Assembly (NCBI GenBank): GCA_963715865.1
Contig: OY970280.1
Span: 1,632,001-1,696,000, forward strand
Reading direction: 5' to 3'
DNA from: Candidatus Bathyarchaeota archaeon
GTDB taxonomy: Archaea; Thermoproteota; Bathyarchaeia; Bathyarchaeales; Bathycorpusculaceae
DNA: 64,000 bases
Shown here: positions 39,583 to 49,437 of the stretch, in pieces
Numbering within the stretch: the first letter of the stretch is position 1
Layout: every line of letters begins with the position of its first letter
Notes under the pieces: model-generated
The model's database searches: none
What the model was told of the DNA's origin: nothing
What the model saw: only the letters and a program-made list of their open reading frames with translations
Made by a program: the position numbers and the translations under genes

Positions 39583-41051
39583 GCTTTGGGCGATAACGGT
39601 AGCTCTTTTTGGAATATTTGTTCACCTTTAAAATCCTCATTCTCCAATTTGAGTTCTGTCTCATAAAGTTCTTTGATTACGTCATCAAAAGAAGAAATAT
39701 CTTTGATAATTCCTCTTTTTGATATTTTTATTTCCTCTGAGGTACAGCCTGTTTCTCCCTCTTTCAACCAGTAAATAGTTGCGCTTGCCTTAATTTGAGG
39801 TGGCGCTTTGCCGTAAGCTTGACCAAACATATGACCAACCGCACGTAGCATAATGTCGCTGTGAGTAGTAATCAGGACATTAACTTTATTAGATGCTATA
39901 TCGCCAATCACATTGGCCATTTTAATTTGGGCACCAGGATGTAAATGGGATTCTGGTTCTTCAATGAGCAAATAGTCTCCATGCTTTACGAATTCTTTGA
40001 CAATGAAATAAATTGGTGTTAGTTCTTTAATCATTGAAGCCGCATGGATTAAATCGGTCTCACCAGTCCTCTTACCCGAAGAGAACTTATAAACCAGTCT
40101 GGATTTTAGCTGACCTTTAACTTTCCTAAATTGTATTTCTCCTCTAAACATTTGTTTAAAAGATTCGGAGACAATTTTGTTCAATGGACCTTTATGATTT
40201 TTCAATTGAAGCATAACTGAATAAAATTGAGCTGCCATACCTGGCATAGGCGGCATCGATAGCCCTCTAACGGGAGCTACGGGCGATAATGAAACAAGAC
40301 CTTGCACTACCGTTTCATAGCTCTCAATTAACCCACCTCTTCCCGCCGGGATATAGTATGGTTTTCCATGCCAGCATTTCCTTGTTTCATTGGAAATAAG
40401 GAGGCTCGATATTTCCCTATATAATTTAGCGAGATGGACATTCTTTCGTTTCCTGACGGTTCTTAGGGTCTCAAAAATTTTGGATTCTGCAAGGATTTCC
40501 GAGTAAGGTTTCCATCTGAGCTCATCTACTTTAGCAATCGATGTCGCGTTTCCTTTTCTTGTTAATTCCACTGAAACTTCTAGAAGCTCGTTGATATCCC
40601 ACCTAATTTTTGAGAAATTGTGGTTGATATTTACAAGTTTGCTTACATCAACACCAAAACTTCTTTCTAAAGAAGGCTGAAATATTTTGGTAATTCGGTT
40701 AGATAAGCTCTTCAAAAAAATATCTGTTAAATCTTTTATTATTGAAGAATTATCTTTGTTATCAACTGTTATTTTTTTTGCTAAATCCCTTAATTGCTCC
40801 CTTGATTGAAGATTCGTATAAAATAGATAATCTTCATCTTCTAATTCCACATTTAACTCTACAGCCCAAGAAGGTAGCGTTGGTTCAATTGCCTGTTTAG
40901 TGCAATCAATAATAGAGTAGTAAAGCTGGGCTAAATAGGATTTGCCCAAGTTGTTTTTCCCTATCAGAACAGTAAGATTCCGAAAATCAACATCAACTTG
41001 TTGTAAAGGACCAAAGTTTTTGACCCTGAGTCGCATAAGGTACCCTATCAA
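39579..41051 (-). CDS. ABC-type AAA ATPase (AAA_15/AAA_21-like)
   Basis: Walker A GKNNLGKS, Walker B LLIEEPESHLHP, H-loop LITTHS. Confidence 0.9.
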   Translation of the reverse strand: MIGYLMRLRVKNFGPLQQVDVDFRNLTVLIGKNNLGKSYLAQLYYSIIDCTKQAIEPTLPSWAVELNVELEDEDYLFYTNLQSREQLRDLAKKITVDNKDNSSIIKDLTDIFLKSLSNRITKIFQPSLERSFGVDVSKLVNINHNFSKIRWDINELLEVSVELTRKGNATSIAKVDELRWKPYSEILAESKIFETLRTVRKRKNVHLAKLYREISSLLISNETRKCWHGKPYYIPAGRGGLIESYETVVQGLVSLSPVAPVRGLSMPPMPGMAAQFYSVMLQLKNHKGPLNKIVSESFKQMFRGEIQFRKVKGQLKSRLVYKFSSGKRTGETDLIHAASMIKELTPIYFIVKEFVKHGDYLLIEEPESHLHPGAQIKMANVIGDIASNKVNVLITTHSDIMLRAVGHMFGQAYGKAPPQIKASATIYWLKEGETGCTSEEIKISKRGIIKDISSFDDVIKELYETELKLENEDFKGEQIFQKELPLSPKA

Positions 41052-41229
41052 CGAAATAAGACCCCATTGTTTAAAAGACTTACTATAAAACTTGATATGT
41101 TGGTACAGAATTCTTGTTACTTAAATTATGTGCTCCAAACGTTTCTCTTTCAAACAAAGAACGTTCGTCATACTGTTAATCCGCATTGTTTCAATCAAGT
41201 AATTAATTTTCACCCAGATGGTAAATAGA

Positions 41230-41281
41230 GCCTCGGGCGGGATTTGGACTCCAACCGCTGCCTTACCCAGCAAGGTGCTCT
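41230..41281 (-). pseudogene. Degenerate tRNA 3'-half remnant (tRNA-Thr-like)
   Basis: gcctcgggcgggatttg is the reverse complement of a tRNA acceptor/T-arm 3' end; ccttacc and tgctct resemble anticodon and D-arm remnants. Confidence 0.4.
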
Positions 41282-41336
41282 GTTTTCAGTAAATTTTTCT
41301 TAGCAAAAATAATTTCTACCATTTGATATAATTCTG

Positions 41337-42986
41337 TTAGGTATGAATTGTTTTTGTTCTTTCTTCTTCTTGAAGCAAACGCCTTAAAACTTTGCCTGCT
41401 GAACTAATAGGCAATTCTTTTCTGAATTCCACTTCGCGGATTGCCTTGTAGGGTGCAACTTTACCGTTAACGAAAGCCAGGATTTCTTCTGCCGATGTAA
41501 CTGCGCCTTCTTTGAGCGCTATGAAAGCCTTGGGGACCTCGCCTGCCACAGGGTCTGGTTTGCCGACGACTGCGCACAGCTTCACGGCTGGATGCTCATA
41601 GAGTACATCTTCGATTTCGCGTGGGTAAACGCTGTAGTCCTTGTATTTTATAAGGTCTTTTTTGCGGTCGGTTATGTAAAAGTAGCCATCCTCGTCCATT
41701 CGTGCGATGTCGCCTGTGAGAAGCCACCCATCGCGAAAGACCAAAGCTGTTTCCTCAGGCTTACGCCAGTAACCCTTCATTACTTGTGGCCCTTTCACCG
41801 CCAGCTCGCCAGTTTCCCCTTGCTCCAGCGTTTTTTCGCCTGTAACTAAATCAACGATTCGTGCTTCGGTGTCGGGCAGTGGCAAACCGATTGAGCCAAC
41901 CTTTACCGTTTTCATTGTCCTGTCCACGGGAGTGCAATGTGTAACTGGTGAGGCTTCAGTTAAACCGTAGCCTTCGGCTAAAAATCCGCCTGTAACTTCC
42001 ATGAATCTTTTTTGGACTTGTGGTGGCAATGGTGAAGCGCCAGAAATGCATACGCGAATCGAGGTTAAGTCGTATTTGCCAAGTTCTGGGTAGGCTAGCA
42101 GTACCGAGTACATGGTTGGGACGCCGCAAAAAACCGTAACCCTATGTTTCTGGATGGCTTGTAAGGCTTTTGCTGGTTCGAATTTTGGCATCAGAACCAT
42201 TTTTGCCCCTAGACTGATAGGCACTGTCATGCTTGTGGTCATGCCGTAAATATGGAACAGGGGCAGTGCTGTTAGGAATGTTTCTTTGACTGTTGTGCCT
42301 TTTATCCACGCCGCAAACATGAGCGCATTCGAAACCAAATTGGTATGGGTTAGCATTGCGCCTTTTGCTGTTCCGGTGGTGCCGCCCGTGTACTGCAAGA
42401 CGGCTAAATCCTCATGCGGATTAATTTCGACCTTGATAGGCGTTTTTGGGGCTTCTTTTATTAGCTGCTGAAAAGTCCACACGTTTGGTTTGATTGAGGA
42501 ACTGGCTTTTTTGGATGCTGGTTCGTCTAAGCTTGTAACTATCATGTTCTTTAGCTTAGTTTTAGTCCAAACATTATCTACGATGGCGTAAAGGGAATCT
42601 AAAGCAATTATGGTTCCGGCTTCTGAATCGCGTAGTTGATACTCAACTTCGCGCTCACGGTGCAAGGGGCTTATGGCTGTTGCGACTGCACCTGCCTTGA
42701 GGATTCCGAAATAAGCGATTATGAACTGGGGAATGTTGGGCAGGAAAATTGCAATTTTATCGCCTTTTTTCACGCCTAACTTGATGAGAGCATGGGCAAA
42801 CTGGTTTGAAAGCGAATCCAACTGCGCATAAGTAATTTCTTTCCCATCATAAACTATGGCAACTTGCGCCGGGTAATTTTCAGCAGTTTTCTGCAGAATC
42901 CCGTGAAGAGGAACGGCAGGATACTTCATGTTTTTTGGCGCATCAGCAGGCCACGCATTGAACCAAGGCTTGCTCTTATTAACCAT
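41337..42986 (-). CDS. Long-chain fatty acid-CoA ligase
   Basis: YTGGTTGTAKG, EGYGLTE, TGDIA, DRKKDLI, VYPREIE. Confidence 0.93.
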   Translation of the reverse strand: MVNKSKPWFNAWPADAPKNMKYPAVPLHGILQKTAENYPAQVAIVYDGKEITYAQLDSLSNQFAHALIKLGVKKGDKIAIFLPNIPQFIIAYFGILKAGAVATAISPLHREREVEYQLRDSEAGTIIALDSLYAIVDNVWTKTKLKNMIVTSLDEPASKKASSSIKPNVWTFQQLIKEAPKTPIKVEINPHEDLAVLQYTGGTTGTAKGAMLTHTNLVSNALMFAAWIKGTTVKETFLTALPLFHIYGMTTSMTVPISLGAKMVLMPKFEPAKALQAIQKHRVTVFCGVPTMYSVLLAYPELGKYDLTSIRVCISGASPLPPQVQKRFMEVTGGFLAEGYGLTEASPVTHCTPVDRTMKTVKVGSIGLPLPDTEARIVDLVTGEKTLEQGETGELAVKGPQVMKGYWRKPEETALVFRDGWLLTGDIARMDEDGYFYITDRKKDLIKYKDYSVYPREIEDVLYEHPAVKLCAVVGKPDPVAGEVPKAFIALKEGAVTSAEEILAFVNGKVAPYKAIREVEFRKELPISSAGKVLRRLLQEEERTKTIHT

Positions 42987-43034
42987 GAAACGTGACTTCC
43001 ATCTGCCAAGTATACGAATAAGCTATTTAAAAAG

Positions 43035-43143
43035 TGGTGCCGGGGGCGGGATTCGAGCCCGCGACTTCTGGGTATAAGGCGCTTGCCCCTATGACTCTCC
43101 AGATTATGAGTCTGGCGCCCTAGCCAGGCTGGGCTACCCCGGC
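43035..43143 (-). tRNA. tRNA-Met(CAT), elongator type, CCA encoded, 31-nt intron at 45/46 (43066-43096)
   Basis: GCCGGGG/CCCCGGC acceptor, CCAGA-CTCATAA-TCTGG anticodon arm, GCGGG/CCCGC T-stem; removing the intron restores AGGTC variable loop. Confidence 0.9.
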
Positions 43144-43398
43144 AAATTGCCACTTTTTTCATGGCTGATGTCATGTTAGTTTGTTTTCCTTGATTTAAAC
43201 TTTTAAAAGGTATGATTAAGATTTGCTTGTGGCGCATTCAACATGGCATTGCATGTTGAGTTAAGCTTGTTGGGAGGAAGGTAGGTTGCCGAGAGCATTA
43301 GTGTGTTCAAAACTGCTTAGAGTCAACATTAAATAAACAGGGTTTATAACATAAAATTTATTGGAGTGGAAAACGCAAGATAAGCGTGGTGAGTGTTA

Positions 43399-43989
43399 AT
43401 GTCTTCAGATGAGGATTACCCTGAATGGTTCAAGAAGAGACGAAGTAAAGACCCGTTTTTCGGTGATATGGATGACATGTTCCGTGAAATGGAAAAAATG
43501 ATGGATGAGGAACTGAAAAGTTTCACGGAAAAGGTGCCCAAGGAATACATTAAGGAGCGCAAACTGCCTGATGGCAGCACAGTTAAGGAGCTGGGACCCT
43601 TCGTTTATGGTTACAGTATGAAAATTGGTCCTGACGGCAAGCCTGAAATCCAAGAGTTTGGAAACATCAAAAAAGGCCTCAAAGGTACACCGCAAGTTAA
43701 AGAAGAACGCGAGCCACTCGTTGACATTGTTGAAACAAACAGTGAAATCCATGTGGTCGTGGAGTTGCCAGGCGTAGAAAAAAGCGACATAAAACTTCAC
43801 GGCACAGAAGACTCACTGACGATTTCGGTTGATACTCCTCAATCCAAATACTACAAGGAAGTTGCCCTGCCAGTAAAAGTGAAGGTTAAAGAAGCAAGCT
43901 CAAGCTACAAAAACGGCGTCTTAGAAGTGGTGCTTCCCAAGGCTGAGTCAGAAAACAAGCCTAAGGGAGAACAAATCGACATAGGCTAA
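43399..43989 (+). CDS. hsp20: Archaeal small heat shock protein Hsp20
   Basis: GPFVYGYSMKIGPDGKP, REPLVDIV, YKNGVLEV. Confidence 0.93.
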   Translation: MSSDEDYPEWFKKRRSKDPFFGDMDDMFREMEKMMDEELKSFTEKVPKEYIKERKLPDGSTVKELGPFVYGYSMKIGPDGKPEIQEFGNIKKGLKGTPQVKEEREPLVDIVETNSEIHVVVELPGVEKSDIKLHGTEDSLTISVDTPQSKYYKEVALPVKVKVKEASSSYKNGVLEVVLPKAESENKPKGEQIDIG

Positions 43990-44038
43990 AAGCTAAAATT
44001 CCCAGTCCCTCCTAATCTTTCCAGTAGCGAGTGTATAA

Positions 44039-44449
44039 ATGAACGATAACTCAGAACTAGACACGTTAAACGCTATTTGTCGAGAAGCAAAAACAGCAGG
44101 CAAACTGTCAGGCAGCAACCTAACTGAACTCTACGAGCTTTTCGGATCAAGATTCACAAAAGCCCTCGATGCGCTGAAAGAGAACAGGGTGAAAAAGTAC
44201 ATTTTCAAGCCGAGCGGAAGAACCGTTTGGATAGTTGTTGGAAGAGAGCGGGATTATCTCATAATGCCTGAAGCTGAATTTTGCACTTGTGACGATTTTT
44301 ACTTTCGAGTTTTAGACAGAAAAATCCATATGTGCTATCACCTGTTGACGCAGAAAATCGCGCAAAATCTAGGCTGGTTTGAAACCATAGAAGAAAACGA
44401 CGACAGCTATGAAATGTTGATGAATGAGTGGAAAAAAGCTACTCCTTAA
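44039..44449 (+). CDS. SWIM zinc finger protein
   Basis: FCTCDDF...CYH (CxC...CxH). Confidence 0.85.
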   Translation: MNDNSELDTLNAICREAKTAGKLSGSNLTELYELFGSRFTKALDALKENRVKKYIFKPSGRTVWIVVGRERDYLIMPEAEFCTCDDFYFRVLDRKIHMCYHLLTQKIAQNLGWFETIEENDDSYEMLMNEWKKATP

Positions 44450-44622
44450 ATATTAAGACGTTACAAGAATAAGTAAAATACAAGGAGAACCTCGATGGAT
44501 TTAGGCGCATACTTCGTAAGTTTACAATATGTCCTTATGGGTTCAGTGTTTATTTCTATAATCCTGATCTTCCTCTACGCGTATTATGGTAAGGATGAAG
44601 AAATAAACCAGTAAAAACCCCT

Positions 44623-44925
44623 TTAATTGCTAAACCTTCCTAATCTTCTATTTATAATCAAAAAGAGCACTATACTCAAAACGGCAAGAATTATTCCAAT
44701 TAAGATAAGCCAATCGGCATTCGGTCCTGAACCAATAACAATTGGAATTGGGCCGATAAAAATAACAATCCCAACACTGCTTGAAGAGTTGGCTAAAACC
44801 ACGGAAGCAACCACCAAAACCACTATGCCAATGAAAACTAAAGCTATTCCTAAAATCAAAAAACCAAGAAGTCTGCTGGAAACAGCGATACCCTCGTCCT
44901 CTGGTTCTTGGGAGCTTGTTGACAT
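44623..44925 (-). CDS. DUF131-like membrane protein
   Basis: IFIGPIPIVIGS motif, TM helices. Confidence 0.8.
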   Translation of the reverse strand: MSTSSQEPEDEGIAVSSRLLGFLILGIALVFIGIVVLVVASVVLANSSSSVGIVIFIGPIPIVIGSGPNADWLILIGIILAVLSIVLFLIINRRLGRFSN

Positions 44926-44931
44926 GCCAGT

Positions 44932-45192
44932 TTACCTCAACAACCAGTAATATATTACCATAGCAACCACTAGTGCTATGGTGAGCGCTAAAGCAAGCGC
45001 CAAAACAGCCTTAACCGATTTCTTATCTGTCCCGAAAATTATCGGAATAGGACCAATCATGATTACGCCTGCACCTTTCACCTTTCCTTTTCCAGCGCCA
45101 CCTGCAGAGACTATGATAATCGCTATTACAATAATTATGATTCCAACAGCAACCAACGCTAAGCCAAGCGAGTAAAACACTGCAGGATCCAT
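44932..45192 (-). CDS. DUF131 (TIGR00304-like) membrane protein
   Basis: GAGVIMIGPIPIIFGTD; real start MDPAVF at 45192. Confidence 0.82.
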   Translation of the reverse strand: MDPAVFYSLGLALVAVGIIIIVIAIIIVSAGGAGKGKVKGAGVIMIGPIPIIFGTDKKSVKAVLALALALTIALVVAMVIYYWLLR

Positions 45193-45313
45193 GTTTTTTC
45201 CTCCAGCGCTCCAAGCTAAAAATGAAACAGCGCTTTTAATAAACATAGCAACACCTAGCCAGAAAATGCAAAAAATTAAAAGCGCCAGCATATCTTTATC
45301 GTGTCGGCGCAAA

Positions 45314-46468
45314 ATGACCACCCCAGACATAATTGAAAAAATTCTCGCGAAAAACCCAGAAGTTAGCCGAGAACAAATTCTCGAAAAATTGCGAGCTGAA
45401 AAATCCAGAACAGGCGGTCTACTCGGTGATGAAACGCTTCTGAGGTTAATTGCCGCTAAATACGGCGTTGAAGTGCAGCAAAACACAATTCAAAACAACG
45501 GAAACTTATCGACAAGCCGTTTATTCGCTGGCTTAAACGATGTTACAGTAGCGGGTCGCTTAATTGCGGTTTTTCCAGCGCGAACTTTCGAGGGAGAAAA
45601 ATCTGGTAAATTCGCAACTTTAATGGTCGCAGATAACGATGGCATTCTGCGGGTGGTGCTGTGGAATGACAAGGCTGATTTGGTTGAAAAGGGCGAGATG
45701 AAAGTTGGACAGGCAGTTCGGCTGCTTCATGGGTACACGCGAGAGGATCATTATGGCAAAGTAGAGTTGCATCTTGGCGGCAAAAGCCAAATTGAAGTTG
45801 AGCCCCAAGAGAAAACAAGTGAATACTTAGCCTTCGATAAGTTTGCTACAAAAATAGGTTCTCTAAATAAAACGTCTGGGAATGTGCATCTTTCTGGCAC
45901 TGTAAAAGCGGTTTTAGGCTTAACCAAGTTCACCCGAAGTGATCAAAGCGATGGAACAGTCATGCGATTCACTTTAGCGGATGATTCTGGAGAAGTGACG
46001 GCGGTTGCTTGGAATGAAAAAGCCTTAGAGTTAGAAAAAACCCTCAAAGCGAACGCGTATTTGCAATTGGGTAACGCTAAAGTGAAAGAAGCCCAAAATG
46101 GCGGCATAGAAGTTCACGTTGACTTCACCAGTTTTGTTAATGTTCAAGCTGCCGCTTTGCAGTTGACGAAAATAGCAAGCTTAACTGAGAACCAAAGCGC
46201 CAACGTTGAAGGCGTAGTTTCAACGGTTCCTGAAAGCAAAGAAGTAACCACAGCGAAAGGCGAAACCGTGAAGCTGACGGTTTTTGGGTTAAAAGACGAC
46301 TCTGGCGCTGTTCAGGTTTCGGCTTGGCGGCAACATGCTGAAGCGCTTAATGGGTTAAAGGTTGGTGACAAGTTGCTTTTGGAAAATGCTTATGTGAAAA
46401 AGGGGTTTGGGAATAAAATGGAGCTATCTACCCGAAGTGCAACGGTTGTCTCAGTTATGCCGCCTTGA
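45314..46468 (+). CDS. rpa: Replication protein A / multi-OB-fold ssDNA-binding protein
   Basis: Three OB folds (ADNDGILRVVLWN, ADDSGEVTAVAWN, KDDSGAVQVSAW). Confidence 0.88.
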   Translation: MTTPDIIEKILAKNPEVSREQILEKLRAEKSRTGGLLGDETLLRLIAAKYGVEVQQNTIQNNGNLSTSRLFAGLNDVTVAGRLIAVFPARTFEGEKSGKFATLMVADNDGILRVVLWNDKADLVEKGEMKVGQAVRLLHGYTREDHYGKVELHLGGKSQIEVEPQEKTSEYLAFDKFATKIGSLNKTSGNVHLSGTVKAVLGLTKFTRSDQSDGTVMRFTLADDSGEVTAVAWNEKALELEKTLKANAYLQLGNAKVKEAQNGGIEVHVDFTSFVNVQAAALQLTKIASLTENQSANVEGVVSTVPESKEVTTAKGETVKLTVFGLKDDSGAVQVSAWRQHAEALNGLKVGDKLLLENAYVKKGFGNKMELSTRSATVVSVMPP

Positions 46469-47480
46469 GTTTTGCCGCTATGGCGTTTGCCATGTCGCTG
46501 GTTGATGCTGAACCGCCTAAATCTGCCGTTCTCACCTTGCCTTCGTTTAGCACGCTTATCACTGCTTTTTCGATTTTAGCTGCGCCTGCTTTTTCGCCAA
46601 GGTAATCCAGCATCATTGAGCCTGCCATAATGGTGGCTATGGGATTAACCCTGTTCATACCCGTGTATTTGGGCGCTGAACCGTGGACAGGCTCAAACAT
46701 GCCGTATGTTTCGCCGATGTTTGCTCCTGCCGCTAAGCCTAAACTTCCCGTAACCTGCGCCGCCTCATCCGAAAGTATGTCGCCGAAAAGGTTAGTTGTA
46801 ACAATCACATCGTAGGCTTCGGGCTTTTTAATTAGTTGCATGGTTGCAGCATCAATGTGCAAGTCATCAACGGTCACGTCAGGATACTTTTGCTGGGCTT
46901 CTTTAACGGCGTCTTTGAAGATGCCATCGGTTATTCTTAGAATGTTGCCTTTGTGCACGTAGGTTAAGTGTTTTCTGCGCTGAGAAGCAAGCTTAAACGC
47001 GAAATTGGCTATTTTCAATGAAGCTTCCCTTGTGATTATTCTTAGGGCTATGCCGACGCCTGGAGCAAGGAGAGATTCTGCGCCCGAGTATAAGCCTTCT
47101 GTATTCTCGCGGACAACGACTAAGTCTATGTTTGGTTTTAAGGCTTCAACGCTTGGAAAGCTTCGGCATGGACGCACGTTTGCATAGAGATTGAAAATTT
47201 TGCGGAGTGTCACGGCTACGCTTACTGGTGCACCTGGCTCTTCAGGCGTAGTCATTGGTCCTTTCAGGCAAGCGCTGGTTTGCTTTATCAGCTCTAGTGT
47301 TTCTTTGGGCAGGTTGGTGCCGTATTGGGCTATGCAGTGGTATCCTGCTTCGCCGTAAAGAAAGTTAAGTTTGAAATGTGATTTTTCTTGGATAGCTTGG
47401 AGGACTTTTACGGTTGCTTCTGTTACTTCTGGTCCGATGCCGTCGCCTTTAAGGACGGCTATGTTGTAAGTTTTAGTCAT
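46455..47480 (-). CDS. Isocitrate/isopropylmalate dehydrogenase family protein (LeuB/AksF-like)
   Basis: GDGIGPEV, NLYANVRP, RENTEGLY, HKGNI, EPVHGSAP. Confidence 0.93.
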   Translation of the reverse strand: MTKTYNIAVLKGDGIGPEVTEATVKVLQAIQEKSHFKLNFLYGEAGYHCIAQYGTNLPKETLELIKQTSACLKGPMTTPEEPGAPVSVAVTLRKIFNLYANVRPCRSFPSVEALKPNIDLVVVRENTEGLYSGAESLLAPGVGIALRIITREASLKIANFAFKLASQRRKHLTYVHKGNILRITDGIFKDAVKEAQQKYPDVTVDDLHIDAATMQLIKKPEAYDVIVTTNLFGDILSDEAAQVTGSLGLAAGANIGETYGMFEPVHGSAPKYTGMNRVNPIATIMAGSMMLDYLGEKAGAAKIEKAVISVLNEGKVRTADLGGSASTSDMANAIAAKLKAA

Positions 47481-47567
47481 TTTGGTTGCCTTCTTGTTTC
47501 TGGTTTTGTAAATAGTGTTTTTGCTTATCAGCATTCCTGTTGACTTTTTCCTAAAAATGAAGTTTCA

Positions 47568-48038
47568 TTATGCTTTCGGCTTAGCAGTGTATTTTTCGCA
47601 GTATTCTTCGGCCGTTGGTAAAACTGCTTTTACGCGGTCAAAACGCTTCTGCCCGTTAATTTTCTCTTCAAGCATGATAAAGTCTTTTGGCTTGCTGAAC
47701 CGTTCAACTTTGTCGTCCTCGCGTTTCCGCTCGATTTTCATGCAGTCATCAACCATGCAGCTTAACACGCAAGCGCCGCAGTAAACGCACAAGTCCTCGG
47801 TGATTCCTACTTCGCCAGATTTCCAGTATAAAGCGTTGGTTGGGCAAACTTTGACGCATAACTTGCATTCCACACCAAGGCACGTGTGCTTGTTTATTTT
47901 GATACTTCCTTCCTTGAAAAGTTCTTTTACGCCTGTTGGCTCCAAAAGTTCTTGTCTGCGCTTCTTTTTTGCCTTCTCACCATTATCGTCTGATAACAAG
48001 CCGAATATGTCGACGGTAGAAGCGCTTTTCGCTGGCAT
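47568..48038 (-). CDS. 2x[4Fe-4S] ferredoxin-like protein
   Basis: CLGVECKLCVKVCP and CVYCGACVLSC. Confidence 0.85.
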   Translation of the reverse strand: MPAKSASTVDIFGLLSDDNGEKAKKKRRQELLEPTGVKELFKEGSIKINKHTCLGVECKLCVKVCPTNALYWKSGEVGITEDLCVYCGACVLSCMVDDCMKIERKREDDKVERFSKPKDFIMLEEKINGQKRFDRVKAVLPTAEEYCEKYTAKPKA

Positions 48039-48078
48039 TTGGAACCACAACTGAACTAGGTTTATTCAAAAATAGGTT

Positions 48079-49436
48079 TTATGAATTATAATTACTTATC
48101 CCTATAGTTTGGGACTTATTATCCATATTTTTGAAGCTTCCGAAGCGTTTAGGCTTCCTGTAGAAATGCATCGTAATTCCGTTGAATGTAGCTTCATCAT
48201 ATTTTGTCCAGCCAGCCTTTCCTAAAGCACGAATCTCTTCAACTGTTGTTACAACGGTTTCCTCATAATCTTCCTCTTTGAACTCGATAGTATGCACATA
48301 TTTCTGCGTGCTCTTCCACGACTTATGCCTCAGCAATCTTGCGATAACAACAGCATTCCCATTCGAATAGTACGCTATCATAGAGCCGCCCCAATGACGG
48401 AACGATTTAAAACTGATCTGTAGCAATGCAGGATTCTGGAATTTTGCGGCAGCCTTTACGACGAAGCGCTGCAAGGCATACATAAGCAGTCCGATAGGTC
48501 ATTGGAAAAATCCGTTTGTTTTCCCTAGGCAAAGCATTCAACATGCAGGTCAAACGCATCGACAACTCGTATTTACCAGGGTAATGGAACTTCACTGGAT
48601 GATTAATACTGAACACATTATCCTTGAGGTCAATCCATTCAGCATCAAGAATCTCTGACGGATCAGCAAAAGTCTCTTTAAGGCACAGCAGAAAAGTAGC
48701 CATACGCTTACTCGCAGCACTAATAAGCAAATCAAGGTCTTTCTCATCAGGCACAATGATAGTAGCTTCCCTCTGACGATACAGCGGACGCTGCCAAACA
48801 ATCCCCTCCATCTGACAAAACGCATCATAAGCACACACCGCCAGCATTTTCATACTGTCACTCCAAGGCTCACCATTCTTCTTTTTCTGCTTAGCAATTA
48901 CCATCTTCACATTTTCAGAGTCCAACAGGTCAGCGCCATCACCGACAAGATGCGTCAGAATATCAGGGTACGTTATATCTTCATCAAAACCATTACGCTC
49001 CAAGTACGCCATGAATTTTGTAATCAAGCCACGCACAGCTTCAGGTAACAGGTCCAGATGCTTCAGTTTTCTTCTTGTCTCCCGCAACAGTCTTTAATTC
49101 TGCTGCAGAGGTCAAATTTTTCGCTCCCAAAGCGCATATTTGGCGTTTAGAAGCTAAGGCACTGGACGTATTTAATGACCTTTCAGAACTTTCTTGTAAC
49201 GGTGGTGACCCTTTAAGGGTCGGTCTCTCGCTAAAACGGAATCCGCAATCCCTGCAAAGCCAACGCTGAACACTAGATTTATCACTCCTATAACGCAGGC
49301 CATCACGATAAACCTTCGTCACCTTAGGACTGCAACTGGGGCATAGGGGGCTGGCGCCATCACTAGCCAACTTGCCCAAACCAACACTGCCAAATACACG
49401 CTCTTGAGCAAGACCAACCATTCCCTCCCCAGCCAT
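48079..49436 (-). pseudogene. int: Tyrosine integrase with N-terminal Zn ribbon, split by two frameshifts
   Basis: CPSC...WLCRDCG; core in 48407-49087; catalytic FRHW...LLRHKSWKSTQKY in 48079-48483. Confidence 0.88.
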
Positions 49437-49437
49437 C

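Noticed and set aside
43035-43143. tRNA-Met as the provirus attachment site
   Set aside because: It lies ~5 kb from the integrase with ordinary host genes between, and no copy of its 3' end is seen near 48050-48080. The att site cannot be fixed without the far end of the provirus.
45193-45486. N-terminal extension of the DUF131 ORF and the 45191 start of RPA
   Set aside because: Mutually overlapping extensions; better starts at 45192 (-) and 45314 (+).
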